Below are positions 9,923 to 18,410 of a DNA stretch of 64,000 bases, piece by piece. The translations under genes and the position numbers were made by a program. The stretch comes from a virus. The stretch's first letter is position 1. Each line of letters opens with the position of its first letter. The DNA lies in UHGV virus genome UHGV-0375936, one strand, 5' to 3'. The notes beneath the pieces are model-generated. The model ran no database searches, had not been told where the DNA came from, and saw only the letters and a list, made by a program, of their open reading frames with translations.

Positions 9923-10644
9923 AGGGTAACTCCTCTATTGATTGGAAAACTCGTGTTTATCGTATCCCAAATTCTACTAACTTCCGCCAGTTGAATCTGA
10001 CGTGGTGTTTTCTTCGCAAACGCAAGCTGACGTGGGGCCGAGCCCACAACAACAGGCACATCGATTTTCGCGCTATAGAACGAGGCGTCTTTCATAAAGC
10101 CTGCCATTTCTCGTTGTGCTGCTCGAGATTTGCTTTTGATTCGCGTGTGAGCGCCACTTTCACCCCAGTGGTAAGCTAACGCAACTTCAGCCATGGTGGG
10201 CTTGCGTTTGAGTCGTTTGGTTAACCCCTTCTCAAGATGTTTAACATACGCGGTAGCCAGCAAAACAGCATTACGCGGATTATACAAATCGGCGTTCTGA
10301 CTAAGACCTAATTCTTTTCCATAAAGCTTTAGCAGATTACGCTTGGTACTTGGAAGCATTTGTACCAGGCTGTGTGCTCGTGAGCTTTTGTTGTAAGCCT
10401 TGGGATCAAAACGCGATTCACGATAAATCAGCGTAATCATCAGCTTGGGATCAACGCCCTGCTTTCGTGAGATTTCCACAATTAACGGGCTGACTTTTTC
10501 GAACCGATGTTGGATTTGTGCAAACTCTCGCTGATGCTTAGAATGTGGCGTTGACGTTGACGCCTGTGCGTTAAACGCGAAAAGTGTTACCAGTAAAAGA
10601 AAGAAGATACGAAACATTTTGTTTCTCCAGTTGGATTTATACAT
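9919..10644 (-). CDS. lytic transglycosylase (SLT domain) with signal peptide
   Basis: Signal-like MFRIFFLLLVTLFAFNAQAS; SLT catalytic region LIYRESRFDPKAY...SLVQMLPST. Confidence 0.75.
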   Translation of the reverse strand: MYKSNWRNKMFRIFFLLLVTLFAFNAQASTSTPHSKHQREFAQIQHRFEKVSPLIVEISRKQGVDPKLMITLIYRESRFDPKAYNKSSRAHSLVQMLPSTKRNLLKLYGKELGLSQNADLYNPRNAVLLATAYVKHLEKGLTKRLKRKPTMAEVALAYHWGESGAHTRIKSKSRAAQREMAGFMKDASFYSAKIDVPVVVGSAPRQLAFAKKTPRQIQLAEVSRIWDTINTSFPINRGVTL

Positions 10645-10717
10645 TTCCGTATTCCGTAAGACGAAATGACGGCGCGGACAGCTAATACTCCTTTGTTGTG
10701 TGCCCTAATGATAATAT

Positions 10718-11278
10718 CTATTTAAAAGAGTTTGGAATTAATGACTCTGCTTCTTGGTACAGCTTATCAGGTAAATATAACGTGTAGCGCTGCCTCCTCG
10801 GTTCAAGTTTTTTGTAAAGCCACAAAAAGATTTCTTGTCTTTCCCAGGAATCTAACCACCCATTTGCCATCCCCAGTGGAGGGATAGCAACGCTGGTATC
10901 CAGATCCTCAGCACAGTCTGCTAATGCGGTAATGCCCGCAGTAACATAAGAAACCTGGGATTTTAAACGCCAATGTGTTTTCGTGGGGAGCAAGATACAC
11001 TTTTCGTCAGAGTAAACGTAAACGCTTCCAATCTTAATTTCGTCTTCACGACACCGCTTACGATAATCCTGATAAAGGTTGGGGTAGCGTTCACGACACG
11101 CGAGTGCAATACCGCGACCCATCGCTCCTACGCAGTTAATGGTAACGACTTTATAGTCTTCGGGCGCATTAAAAAGATCGTTACCAATTTCAGATTCTTT
11201 ACGTACCGTTAACATAACGAAACGCCCGGAGTTGATGTGTAGTATTAAAACGTGTACCGCCGATTGATAGCTCGACAA
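10718..11278 (-). CDS. macro-domain-like protein (start codon uncertain: TTG 11278 or ATG 11215)
   Basis: VVTINCVGAMGRGIALA and VAIPPLGMANG segments resemble macro/ADP-ribose-binding fold motifs; weak RBS. Confidence 0.4.
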   Translation of the reverse strand: MSSYQSAVHVLILHINSGRFVMLTVRKESEIGNDLFNAPEDYKVVTINCVGAMGRGIALACRERYPNLYQDYRKRCREDEIKIGSVYVYSDEKCILLPTKTHWRLKSQVSYVTAGITALADCAEDLDTSVAIPPLGMANGWLDSWERQEIFLWLYKKLEPRRQRYTLYLPDKLYQEAESLIPNSFK

Positions 11279-11302
11279 GTATAGCGATATATGTTTTACC
11301 CA

Positions 11303-11671
11303 TTATCGATTTTTCGTAATCCATTGCTTGACCGCTGCTTCTAAACCTTCGTGTTGTAAGCCCAGGCGCTGCATAGTCAGTGACAAGTTAAGCGTGTGGA
11401 CGACCTGCTCACGGAACTGATGATCGTTCATACGGTCCCAGACCTTCTCTACTGAAATATTGTGTTTCCAGAGCAAATAAGCTTCACGACACGATGCGCG
11501 ACGAACTAAACTGGGTTTAACAAAAGGCAACTCGATTTCAGGCAAGTAACCTAAAAGCTTAACTAACGGCGTTACCTGCGTCTTACCGAAGTCACCACAT
11601 TGATAACAAATTTGCAGAATATCAATTTCATTCAACGGTATGCCGTAAATTGATGGGTTCTCTGTGAACAT
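11303..11671 (-). CDS. hypothetical protein
   Basis: 122-aa ORF, AGGAGAA RBS. Confidence 0.5.
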   Translation of the reverse strand: MFTENPSIYGIPLNEIDILQICYQCGDFGKTQVTPLVKLLGYLPEIELPFVKPSLVRRASCREAYLLWKHNISVEKVWDRMNDHQFREQVVHTLNLSLTMQRLGLQHEGLEAAVKQWITKNR

Positions 11672-11873
11672 TCATATTCTCCTCAGGCTCGAAATGTGAT
11701 TCGGGTGGCAACGTCCCTAAAGCCCCTTGGATACAAGCCGTCAGTGAAGGTTTGCCGAAACAGACCTTACCTATCGTCCCCACATTGGGATGCTGTAAGA
11801 ACGCTTTCGCACGTTCGTATTCTTTCCAACAAATACTCGTATCCAAACCACCCACTCCGTACGATTTTAACAT
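11628..11873 (-). CDS. hypothetical protein
   Basis: 81-aa ORF overlapping the start of the next gene. Confidence 0.4.
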   Translation of the reverse strand: MLKSYGVGGLDTSICWKEYERAKAFLQHPNVGTIGKVCFGKPSLTACIQGALGTLPPESHFEPEENMNVHREPINLRHTVE

Positions 11874-11939
11874 AATTAGCTCTCCTGACGTAAATTTCTC
11901 ACACTCATAGTGAGGTACGCCAAGAGAGCTTTATTGTTT

Positions 11940-12383
11940 TTAGAATGTTTTGCTAAAATCGACCCACTCACGATCGTGTGAGTAAACCGCTTGATAGCCG
12001 CGTCGGATGAAATACTCTTTTGCTTCTTTACATTTCGCATACATGCCAGTAACAATCTCGCCGAAAACTTCATCAGCTGCAATTGCTTTGAAAATCTCTT
12101 TCATTACACCCCGTTGACGATAGTCTGGGAGCACGTATACCGAACGTATCTTAAGTGAACCGTTACGATTCCGATAACTACAGTATCCTACCGCGACATC
12201 ATCCTGATACACCAGAACTATGCAGTTACCTTCGATCAGCTGTCGCGCATTTAACTTCGGCACCGACATTTTGATTTTCAGTAACGTGGCCTGGTGGTCT
12301 AAGTAACGGTAGTGTAGTTTGAGTAAATCGGCAGCTTGTCGCTCGCCAACTTTAGAAGATGCGTTCAACAAATAAATTTCCAT
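11940..12383 (-). CDS. GNAT-family acetyltransferase-like protein
   Basis: Translation matches the minus strand only; YRQRGVMKEIF resembles the GNAT acetyl-CoA-binding motif; ATG at 12381-12383. Confidence 0.5.
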   Translation of the reverse strand: MEIYLLNASSKVGERQAADLLKLHYRYLDHQATLLKIKMSVPKLNARQLIEGNCIVLVYQDDVAVGYCSYRNRNGSLKIRSVYVLPDYRQRGVMKEIFKAIAADEVFGEIVTGMYAKCKEAKEYFIRRGYQAVYSHDREWVDFSKTF

Positions 12384-12414
12384 TTGCAAACCTTAGAGAC
12401 GCAAAAAAGTAAAA

Positions 12415-12543
12415 TTAAAACCAACGCGCGATGACGAAAGCCGCAGCGGCTAATATGGCTGTGGTGATTATCAATCCACCCCATGAAAGTTCCGCGTCGT
12501 ATAGTGCGGATATCGCTACATTCGTAGCGTTTATCGTGGTCAT
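12415..12543 (-). CDS. small hydrophobic peptide (42 aa)
   Basis: ATG with AGGAG RBS 6 nt upstream; MTTINATNVAISALYDAELSWGGLIITTAILAAAAFVIARWF; below ORF-track cutoff. Confidence 0.35.
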   Translation of the reverse strand: MTTINATNVAISALYDAELSWGGLIITTAILAAAAFVIARWF

Positions 12544-12600
12544 TTTCTGCTCCTGTCAATACCCTCACACCGGAGGGTATCTTCTGGACTATTTGGGTGG

Positions 12601-12699
12601 TTAATCTTCGAACGCCCAACGGTGACGTTTAATCAGCCAGTTTAAACCTTTACCAATTAACCACAACGAGCCAAGTGTTAACAGAACCCCTACAACCAT
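12601..12699 (-). CDS. small hydrophobic peptide (32 aa)
   Basis: ATG with AGGAGAGGG RBS; MVVGVLLTLGSLWLIGKGLNWLIKRHRWAFED. Confidence 0.35.
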   Translation of the reverse strand: MVVGVLLTLGSLWLIGKGLNWLIKRHRWAFED

Positions 12700-12709
12700 A
12701 TTCCCTCTC

Positions 12710-12895
12710 CTAATTCCGCCATTCGCATTCGCGTTGACGCCAAATTGAACCCCACGATAGTTTAATCAGATAAGATGAAACTACCCATAAAATCATCACC
12801 ACACAAAACATGACATAAAGAACCGCTAGAATGGACATGAAGCCAAACCCTGCCGCATCCACAATACGACGGAACCAATCAGTTTGCATAAACAA
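12710..12895 (-). CDS. small membrane protein
   Basis: 61-aa ORF with long hydrophobic core; overlaps the stop of the ATPase gene. Confidence 0.4.
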   Translation of the reverse strand: MFMQTDWFRRIVDAAGFGFMSILAVLYVMFCVVMILWVVSSYLIKLSWGSIWRQRECEWRN

Positions 12896-15383
12896 TTTTT
12901 ACTCCTTCGTTATACACCGCAGGCAATGTCACCCCTTCCGGTTCGATGACACAGTACGATGCTTCATTAAGTTTAGAATGAACCTCGGCTTCGTGGGAGA
13001 CTACCAACAGTTGGGAAAATTCTCCCGAGTTTGCTAACGTTTTAATAAAACCGACCAGGTTGTTACGGTGCTCCTCATCCATGCCTTCCGAAGGCTCATC
13101 CAAAAGCAACGGAAACTGATGCAACTTCAGCGCTTTGTACGCAGTCAGCCTGAACATCAGATTAAATATCGCACGCTGCGCCTTAGACCCTTTACGCACG
13201 TCAGGAACAGGCTCAGGATGCGTTTTTAGCTGGACAGGAAAAGTATAATCCAAATCGCCGTCAGTGAGGTCACAAGGCATAACGCGCATGGGGTACGTCC
13301 AGACCTGTTCGATATAACGCGTCATTAACTCTGTGATTCTAACGATAGCGTTGTAAAAATACTTTCTAAGTACACCCTTTTCTGGCGAGAAGGCTTGAAT
13401 CATCAGTTTGTTATTGAACTGCTGGGCTTGTAAGTCAGCAAGTTCGCGTTCCAAACTGTTGAGCTGATTCAATTCATTTTCCATCTGACGATAACGTTCG
13501 CGTGCGGTTGTAAAAGCATCCAGCTTCCCTTCTCGAGCACGTAAGAGTTCCTCGACGACCGTATTTGTCAACGTAACCTTAACATCACTCTCTAACCGTT
13601 CGAATAACGCACTGAAATCATCTACAGCACGTTTAACATTCACCAGATAGGTAAGTGTCGTGTTAGCCAGTTCGTGCTCTCTACGACGCATTGAGAGCAT
13701 CTCTGTGGCTTTACCTAATCGTGACTGTTGAAAAGCAATTTTCTGTTGTAAAGCACCATCGACGTTACCAACGGCCGCTACGGCATCCTGCCATTCTTTT
13801 TCCGCCTTCACTAACCGTTGTCGGGTTTCATGGTACTCAATAGCAGAGTACAACTCACTGTCAAACGCTGCGCATAGACTACCGAACTGTTCACGTGATT
13901 CTGTGAAAACGTTACGTTCTTGCAAACGCTTAAAGAACATGCTCAATACCGGGTCCTTTGAATACGTCAGCACAATCTCACGAACCTGCCGCATATAAGT
14001 TACATCAGATTCTAACTCAACACGATCGCGTAATAGGGCCTCTAACTGCGTTTGCAGTTCCGTGCGCTGCTGCTGTTGTCCACGAATCGAAGACTCAAGT
14101 TCAGGTAAAGAACGTGTAACACCAGGCCGAAACTTAAACCGGCACTGCGGACAATCCACTTCCGCTGTTTCTAAGTAGTGATTACGTTCGTGATTTAAAT
14201 TCTGTAAAACGTTCTCCACTCGCTGGAGTCTATCCCGCAACCCTGCGGTTTTTTGATCCATCACCAGAAGCCGTTCTTCCAAAACATTGAGTTTTTCAGT
14301 TGAATGAATTGCGTCCAGTGTTGTTCCTAACCGTTGCCCCCAAACACGCGCATCGGTAGCCGCACGAAGTTGGTCTAAATTGACGTTGTCGTTAAATAGA
14401 CCCGGAAAGAGATGCTCGGTGTCCCATTTGGTAAGTAACTCACGTAAACGCGCCAATGTATTCTTGAGACCTTCGTGATTCCGCATCAGGTAGTCTTGTC
14501 GTGTTGACTCATCCATCAATAACGACAAGTCTTTATTCAACATCGATACCTCTGTTTCAGTAGACACGACAGCTTCGCGGGCCGTCGCTTCGTTTTGTCG
14601 CGCGACCAGTATCTGTTCATCGGTAGGCAGGCCACCACGATGTTGTAATATTGCGTCGATGGTTGGGCCCAAGCTGTTTAATAACGCTTGGATTGTTTCG
14701 ATGGTGACGGCACGATTTAATCCTGGCAACTGTTCGATTTCTCGGTTCAATTCACGTAAATCCGATTCCAAACCTTTTAATCTCGTCGCTAACTGCTGCC
14801 GTTCTTCCTCGTTCTCAATAACACGCGTCCGTAATTCGGCGATCTTGCGGCTGGTGATTTCAATACCCCCATTTAAGGCAGTAAGGTTTTTACGTAAACG
14901 TTGATAAAACCCTAACGCGTAAGTGAGGTCAGAGGTACTTAAACGGTAAAACCATTTGCGGCGTAATTCGGTTCCCGCATCGGTTAACAACACCTCACCA
15001 TTTAATAGTTCTTTAATCTCTTTCGTAATACCCGTGATTTCTTCAACACGGGAGTTGTAGACTTTCGCATTACCTTGCTCGACGATCTTTGTCCCCGTGG
15101 TCAGGTTCTCAATATCGCAAACCAAAGAGTTGCCTTTACGGGCAACTTTGAATCGATAGCGTTGATCGCCAACTAAACAGTAGTTCGTGTAAGAACCGCC
15201 GTCCCTGAATTCAGTTTTAGCTGGTGCTAAGGGTAAGAACACAGACAGTAGACTGGTTTTCCCGCAGCCGTTCCCACCCAGGATAATTGTTGTCGGAGAC
15301 TGGATAGTGAAATCGAAGGTTTCAATTTCATGTAACCCCATCCCCGTAAAACCTTTGAGTATAATGCGTTCAACTTTTAGCAT
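12879..15383 (-). CDS. SbcC/Rad50/SMC-like ABC-type ATPase with long coiled coil
   Basis: Walker A GGNGCGKTSLL; coiled-coil middle; C-terminal LLLDEPSEGMD...LLVVSHE (Walker B/D-loop/H-loop); start probably ATG 15383 after GGAGG. Confidence 0.7.
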   Translation of the reverse strand: MLKVERIILKGFTGMGLHEIETFDFTIQSPTTIILGGNGCGKTSLLSVFLPLAPAKTEFRDGGSYTNYCLVGDQRYRFKVARKGNSLVCDIENLTTGTKIVEQGNAKVYNSRVEEITGITKEIKELLNGEVLLTDAGTELRRKWFYRLSTSDLTYALGFYQRLRKNLTALNGGIEITSRKIAELRTRVIENEEERQQLATRLKGLESDLRELNREIEQLPGLNRAVTIETIQALLNSLGPTIDAILQHRGGLPTDEQILVARQNEATAREAVVSTETEVSMLNKDLSLLMDESTRQDYLMRNHEGLKNTLARLRELLTKWDTEHLFPGLFNDNVNLDQLRAATDARVWGQRLGTTLDAIHSTEKLNVLEERLLVMDQKTAGLRDRLQRVENVLQNLNHERNHYLETAEVDCPQCRFKFRPGVTRSLPELESSIRGQQQQRTELQTQLEALLRDRVELESDVTYMRQVREIVLTYSKDPVLSMFFKRLQERNVFTESREQFGSLCAAFDSELYSAIEYHETRQRLVKAEKEWQDAVAAVGNVDGALQQKIAFQQSRLGKATEMLSMRRREHELANTTLTYLVNVKRAVDDFSALFERLESDVKVTLTNTVVEELLRAREGKLDAFTTARERYRQMENELNQLNSLERELADLQAQQFNNKLMIQAFSPEKGVLRKYFYNAIVRITELMTRYIEQVWTYPMRVMPCDLTDGDLDYTFPVQLKTHPEPVPDVRKGSKAQRAIFNLMFRLTAYKALKLHQFPLLLDEPSEGMDEEHRNNLVGFIKTLANSGEFSQLLVVSHEAEVHSKLNEASYCVIEPEGVTLPAVYNEGVKIVYAN

Positions 15384-15461
15384 ACCCACCTCCATAAAGA
15401 CGGAGTGTGGTGTAAAAAGAAAAAAATAAAGAAAGGGAGAACCCGAAGGTTCTCCCTAACG

Positions 15462-16070
15462 TTATTTGGTATACAGCTGATAACCCATTGAAGCCCAATA
15501 ATCAATGTTCTTCGCGTTTTCTACCCAAACCTGTCCCGCCTTTGTGGCTAAGACTTCCATTGTCAATGTACAGATCAGATTTGTTACCTGGATACAATTT
15601 CCAGGTGTAACATCATCCAGATAAACCGGATATAAAAACGGCGATTTAATGGATTGGTACGGGTAAGAATAGTGGCTACCGACTTTCCACCCTTCTTCTA
15701 CAGGGCAGAGATTATAAGTGCGTGTTTCAGGAACTGCGTTTTCAGAGATCCAGTTAACAACATCGGCTTTAATTCGATCGTGGTCGATATAGTAGAACAC
15801 AACACGCTGTGGGATACTTGTGGTACCAGCCGGGTCTAAAGCCTCCAACGCCTTAAAAGGCGACGTTAACAATGTTGTACTGTTCTCAAGCGCGTAAACC
15901 AACTTTTCGTAAGCAGTCGGTGTTTTGCGTTTAAAATATTCCCGTAAGCGAGGGTAAGCCAGGAAGCCCTCTACTTCTTCTTCCATTAAGTCAATGAATA
16001 AAGGCGTATGCGAAAACCGCTCTGCATTTTGCATCGCTTCAAGAAAACGAACTAATGTAATTTCGTTCAT
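15462..16070 (-). CDS. hypothetical protein
   Basis: 202-aa ORF. Confidence 0.55.
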   Translation of the reverse strand: MNEITLVRFLEAMQNAERFSHTPLFIDLMEEEVEGFLAYPRLREYFKRKTPTAYEKLVYALENSTTLLTSPFKALEALDPAGTTSIPQRVVFYYIDHDRIKADVVNWISENAVPETRTYNLCPVEEGWKVGSHYSYPYQSIKSPFLYPVYLDDVTPGNCIQVTNLICTLTMEVLATKAGQVWVENAKNIDYWASMGYQLYTK

Positions 16071-16087
16071 CTGGTCTTTCCTTTTAG

Positions 16088-16118
16088 ATCAAAAAAAGAA
16101 GCCCCGAGTAAACGGGGC
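16088..16118 (-). terminator. Rho-independent terminator
   Basis: GCCCCG-AGTAAA-CGGGGC hairpin with adjacent A-run on plus strand. Confidence 0.5.
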
Positions 16119-16126
16119 CGGGCTAA

Positions 16127-16603
16127 TTACAGCCCTAAGTGCGTGAGTGATAAAATAGGTTGTGTTTCACCTTTAATCGTCGCGTAGGAACGATACATTT
16201 CTGCGTTACTTGAAAAAACTTCGTTAGCAACGATACATTCACCCGTCTCTAAAGAAAGGAGATAAATGTAGTCGCTCCATACGCTTTGTACCAATACCCA
16301 CTCAAGTGCGGTATCATTTTCGCGTGTTGTTCGCAGGTGATGAAAGTAAGGACGGATTGCATCAACCGCCGCATTAAAACGACGGTGATAGATTCGGGTT
16401 AAATCAAAGGTCCAGATTGTTTCCAGGTCGACTGGATGTAATGTGCGCACCGTTTCGATAATCGTCGACTGATCGTTAAGGCGCGAGGCTTCGGCGATAC
16501 GTAGCAGTTTCCAGGCTACCGTTAAGTTGTGGCGAATTTGTTCAGGTTTAGCCGACAGGTCATGATGAAATTGCGCAGCTTGGTAAACGTTAGATAATTG
16601 CAT
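16127..16603 (-). CDS. hypothetical protein
   Basis: 158-aa ORF; conserved initiation context CCTAAAGGAGTATTAAAATG. Confidence 0.55.
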   Translation of the reverse strand: MQLSNVYQAAQFHHDLSAKPEQIRHNLTVAWKLLRIAEASRLNDQSTIIETVRTLHPVDLETIWTFDLTRIYHRRFNAAVDAIRPYFHHLRTTRENDTALEWVLVQSVWSDYIYLLSLETGECIVANEVFSSNAEMYRSYATIKGETQPILSLTHLGL

Positions 16604-16631
16604 TTTAATACTCCTTTAGGTAAATATGTCG

Positions 16632-16658
16632 TAAAAAGGACCCCGGACGTACCGGGGC
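16632..16658 (-). terminator. Rho-independent terminator
   Basis: CCCCGG...CCGGGG hairpin with A-run on plus strand. Confidence 0.5.
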
Positions 16659-16669
16659 CAAGACTACAC

Positions 16670-17059
16670 TCAAAGATCTAATTCGATAGCACCAGCCATC
16701 TTGCCCCGTTCTTCTATAACGATCAGATAACGGTCGCGAGATTTGCTTTTAGCGAGAGTTAAGACAACGGTAGGGTCGCACGTTTTCGTGGTGATAGGAA
16801 GAACCTCTCTTGCGACGGAATCGAGCAGAAAGTAATAACCTGCGGGACACATTGTGCCGCCATCAGCTTTTACCAGAATATAGCGCCCGTCTGCGCCGAC
16901 TTCTTGGCAGATTGTTTCACCGACTTCGCAAACTTCAAACCCCGGAGGATTGTACTGGTAATCGGTATTGTTGTTTGGGGTTAGCAGTAAATCGTTAACT
17001 TGAGTAGATGCTGCTACACTCAGGGAGAAGAAGAATGCTAAAACGCAGACGAGACGCAT
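16670..17059 (-). CDS. small secreted protein
   Basis: N-terminal signal-like MRLVCVLAFFFSLSVAAS. Confidence 0.55.
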   Translation of the reverse strand: MRLVCVLAFFFSLSVAASTQVNDLLLTPNNNTDYQYNPPGFEVCEVGETICQEVGADGRYILVKADGGTMCPAGYYFLLDSVAREVLPITTKTCDPTVVLTLAKSKSRDRYLIVIEERGKMAGAIELDL

Positions 17060-17069
17060 GAGTTACTCC

Positions 17070-17480
17070 TTAAATTTTAAGTTTATCCATAGCTACAACG
17101 ATAGGTTTTTCCGAAGTGTCTAATATCCCTACCATTGGCACACCATCTACGACTTCGAAGAATGGTTTGTTATTACCAGAGCATAGACGTTTGTCGTTGT
17201 ATTCGAGACGCTGAGCCTTCCACGTTTCGAGGTTGAGTACGGACATTGGGCTGTCGTAGCACCAGGCACCACCTTGCTCAACGATGAATACGTATCTGCT
17301 ACCTTTGTATTTAAACAGGCTCTTTGCCTGGCAGTACAACCCGTCTATTTCCGTACAATAGAAATCATCGGTGCTATTGACGTACTTAATATTGTCTGGC
17401 AACTGTATTGTCTTTGCTGTAGCGTTGACAGAGAACAGAACAGCCATTGCAATGAGAAGAGTATTAATGATAGTTTTCAT
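17070..17480 (-). CDS. small secreted protein
   Basis: N-terminal signal-like MKTIINTLLIAMAVLFSVNATA. Confidence 0.55.
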   Translation of the reverse strand: MKTIINTLLIAMAVLFSVNATAKTIQLPDNIKYVNSTDDFYCTEIDGLYCQAKSLFKYKGSRYVFIVEQGGAWCYDSPMSVLNLETWKAQRLEYNDKRLCSGNNKPFFEVVDGVPMVGILDTSEKPIVVAMDKLKI

Positions 17481-17491
17481 GATAAAAGTCC

Positions 17492-17977
17492 TTAGTATTT
17501 AGATTGTTCTACGTACTTCTTAACCAGGTAAGCGAATTCGGCAACACCGATATCACCGAACCAAATCAGGTAACCGGGGTCGATGTTGTAGTAATAACCG
17601 ACGAGTTTCTTGGTGTGTGGGTTGTATAGCGTTACGATGTATTCCCAACCACAAGCGTTAGCTTTACAACCGCCACTTTCAATCCAGATTTTGTTGTTGA
17701 TGTTTACCGGATACATGTTACCGCCAGGGCCATCCATGTAACCTTTAGAGCCGAACATACCATCCAGTCCCACAGGGTCTAGTGTTTTATCAACAACGGC
17801 TTTAAACGACTTATCGGTATCGTACAAGTCGTTGATGTTTGGGCACGCATTTGGCTGGCCTTCCCAAGCGTTTCCATCACAGGTAAGCAATTCGTCTACG
17901 GAGGCCGCATCTACAGTTGGCGTGGCACCGATAAACAAGAAAACCAGAAAGAACATCAGTGTATGTAAACGTTTCAT
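17492..17977 (-). CDS. small secreted protein
   Basis: N-terminal signal-like MKRLHTLMFFLVFLFIGATPTVDAA. Confidence 0.55.
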   Translation of the reverse strand: MKRLHTLMFFLVFLFIGATPTVDAASVDELLTCDGNAWEGQPNACPNINDLYDTDKSFKAVVDKTLDPVGLDGMFGSKGYMDGPGGNMYPVNINNKIWIESGGCKANACGWEYIVTLYNPHTKKLVGYYYNIDPGYLIWFGDIGVAEFAYLVKKYVEQSKY

Positions 17978-17995
17978 TGTAACTACTCCTTTAGA

Positions 17996-18388
17996 TTATT
18001 CGGCAGGACGATTTAAGGTAACGCGTCCGATTAATTCAGCGTTGTGAAAGAAGTCCACAGCGGTATAGTTACCAACTGATAGCGGATGGATACTAACTGA
18101 CATTACTTTTGGTTGTTCGCAGGCGATATCCGTCAGGCGTTGGTAGACTTGTGCACGAGTGTCAGCAATGAGTAATCCCGTACACGTTTCACCACGCACT
18201 AAACGATAAACTTGCAGTTTACCGAAACTGCGCATTAACGTAGGCGTCTCATCCGGGTTGATAATCGGTGACTCAGGAGCCGGTTCGTAATAGCGGACAT
18301 CCGAATCACCGAAAGCATAAGTGCCAGTAATTCCGACCGCACAGAAAACAATGATAGTATAAAGTATAGTTCTGATATTCATTTTCAC
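17996..18388 (-). CDS. small secreted protein
   Basis: N-terminal signal-like MKMNIRTILYTIIVFCAVGITGTYA. Confidence 0.55.
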   Translation of the reverse strand: MKMNIRTILYTIIVFCAVGITGTYAFGDSDVRYYEPAPESPIINPDETPTLMRSFGKLQVYRLVRGETCTGLLIADTRAQVYQRLTDIACEQPKVMSVSIHPLSVGNYTAVDFFHNAELIGRVTLNRPAE

Positions 18389-18410
18389 GCACTCTAAAAA
18401 AGATTAATAC

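Noticed and set aside
12365-12619. 84-aa minus-strand track ORF
   Set aside because: Overlaps the GNAT start and the RBS-supported 42-aa hydrophobic ORF in another frame; alternative start only, no RBS, product not protein-like
15462-16070. Candidate SbcD/Mre11 nuclease partner upstream of the SbcC-like ATPase
   Set aside because: The 202-aa product shows no metallophosphatase D-x-H / GD-x-x-D / GNH-E-like motifs and is too short
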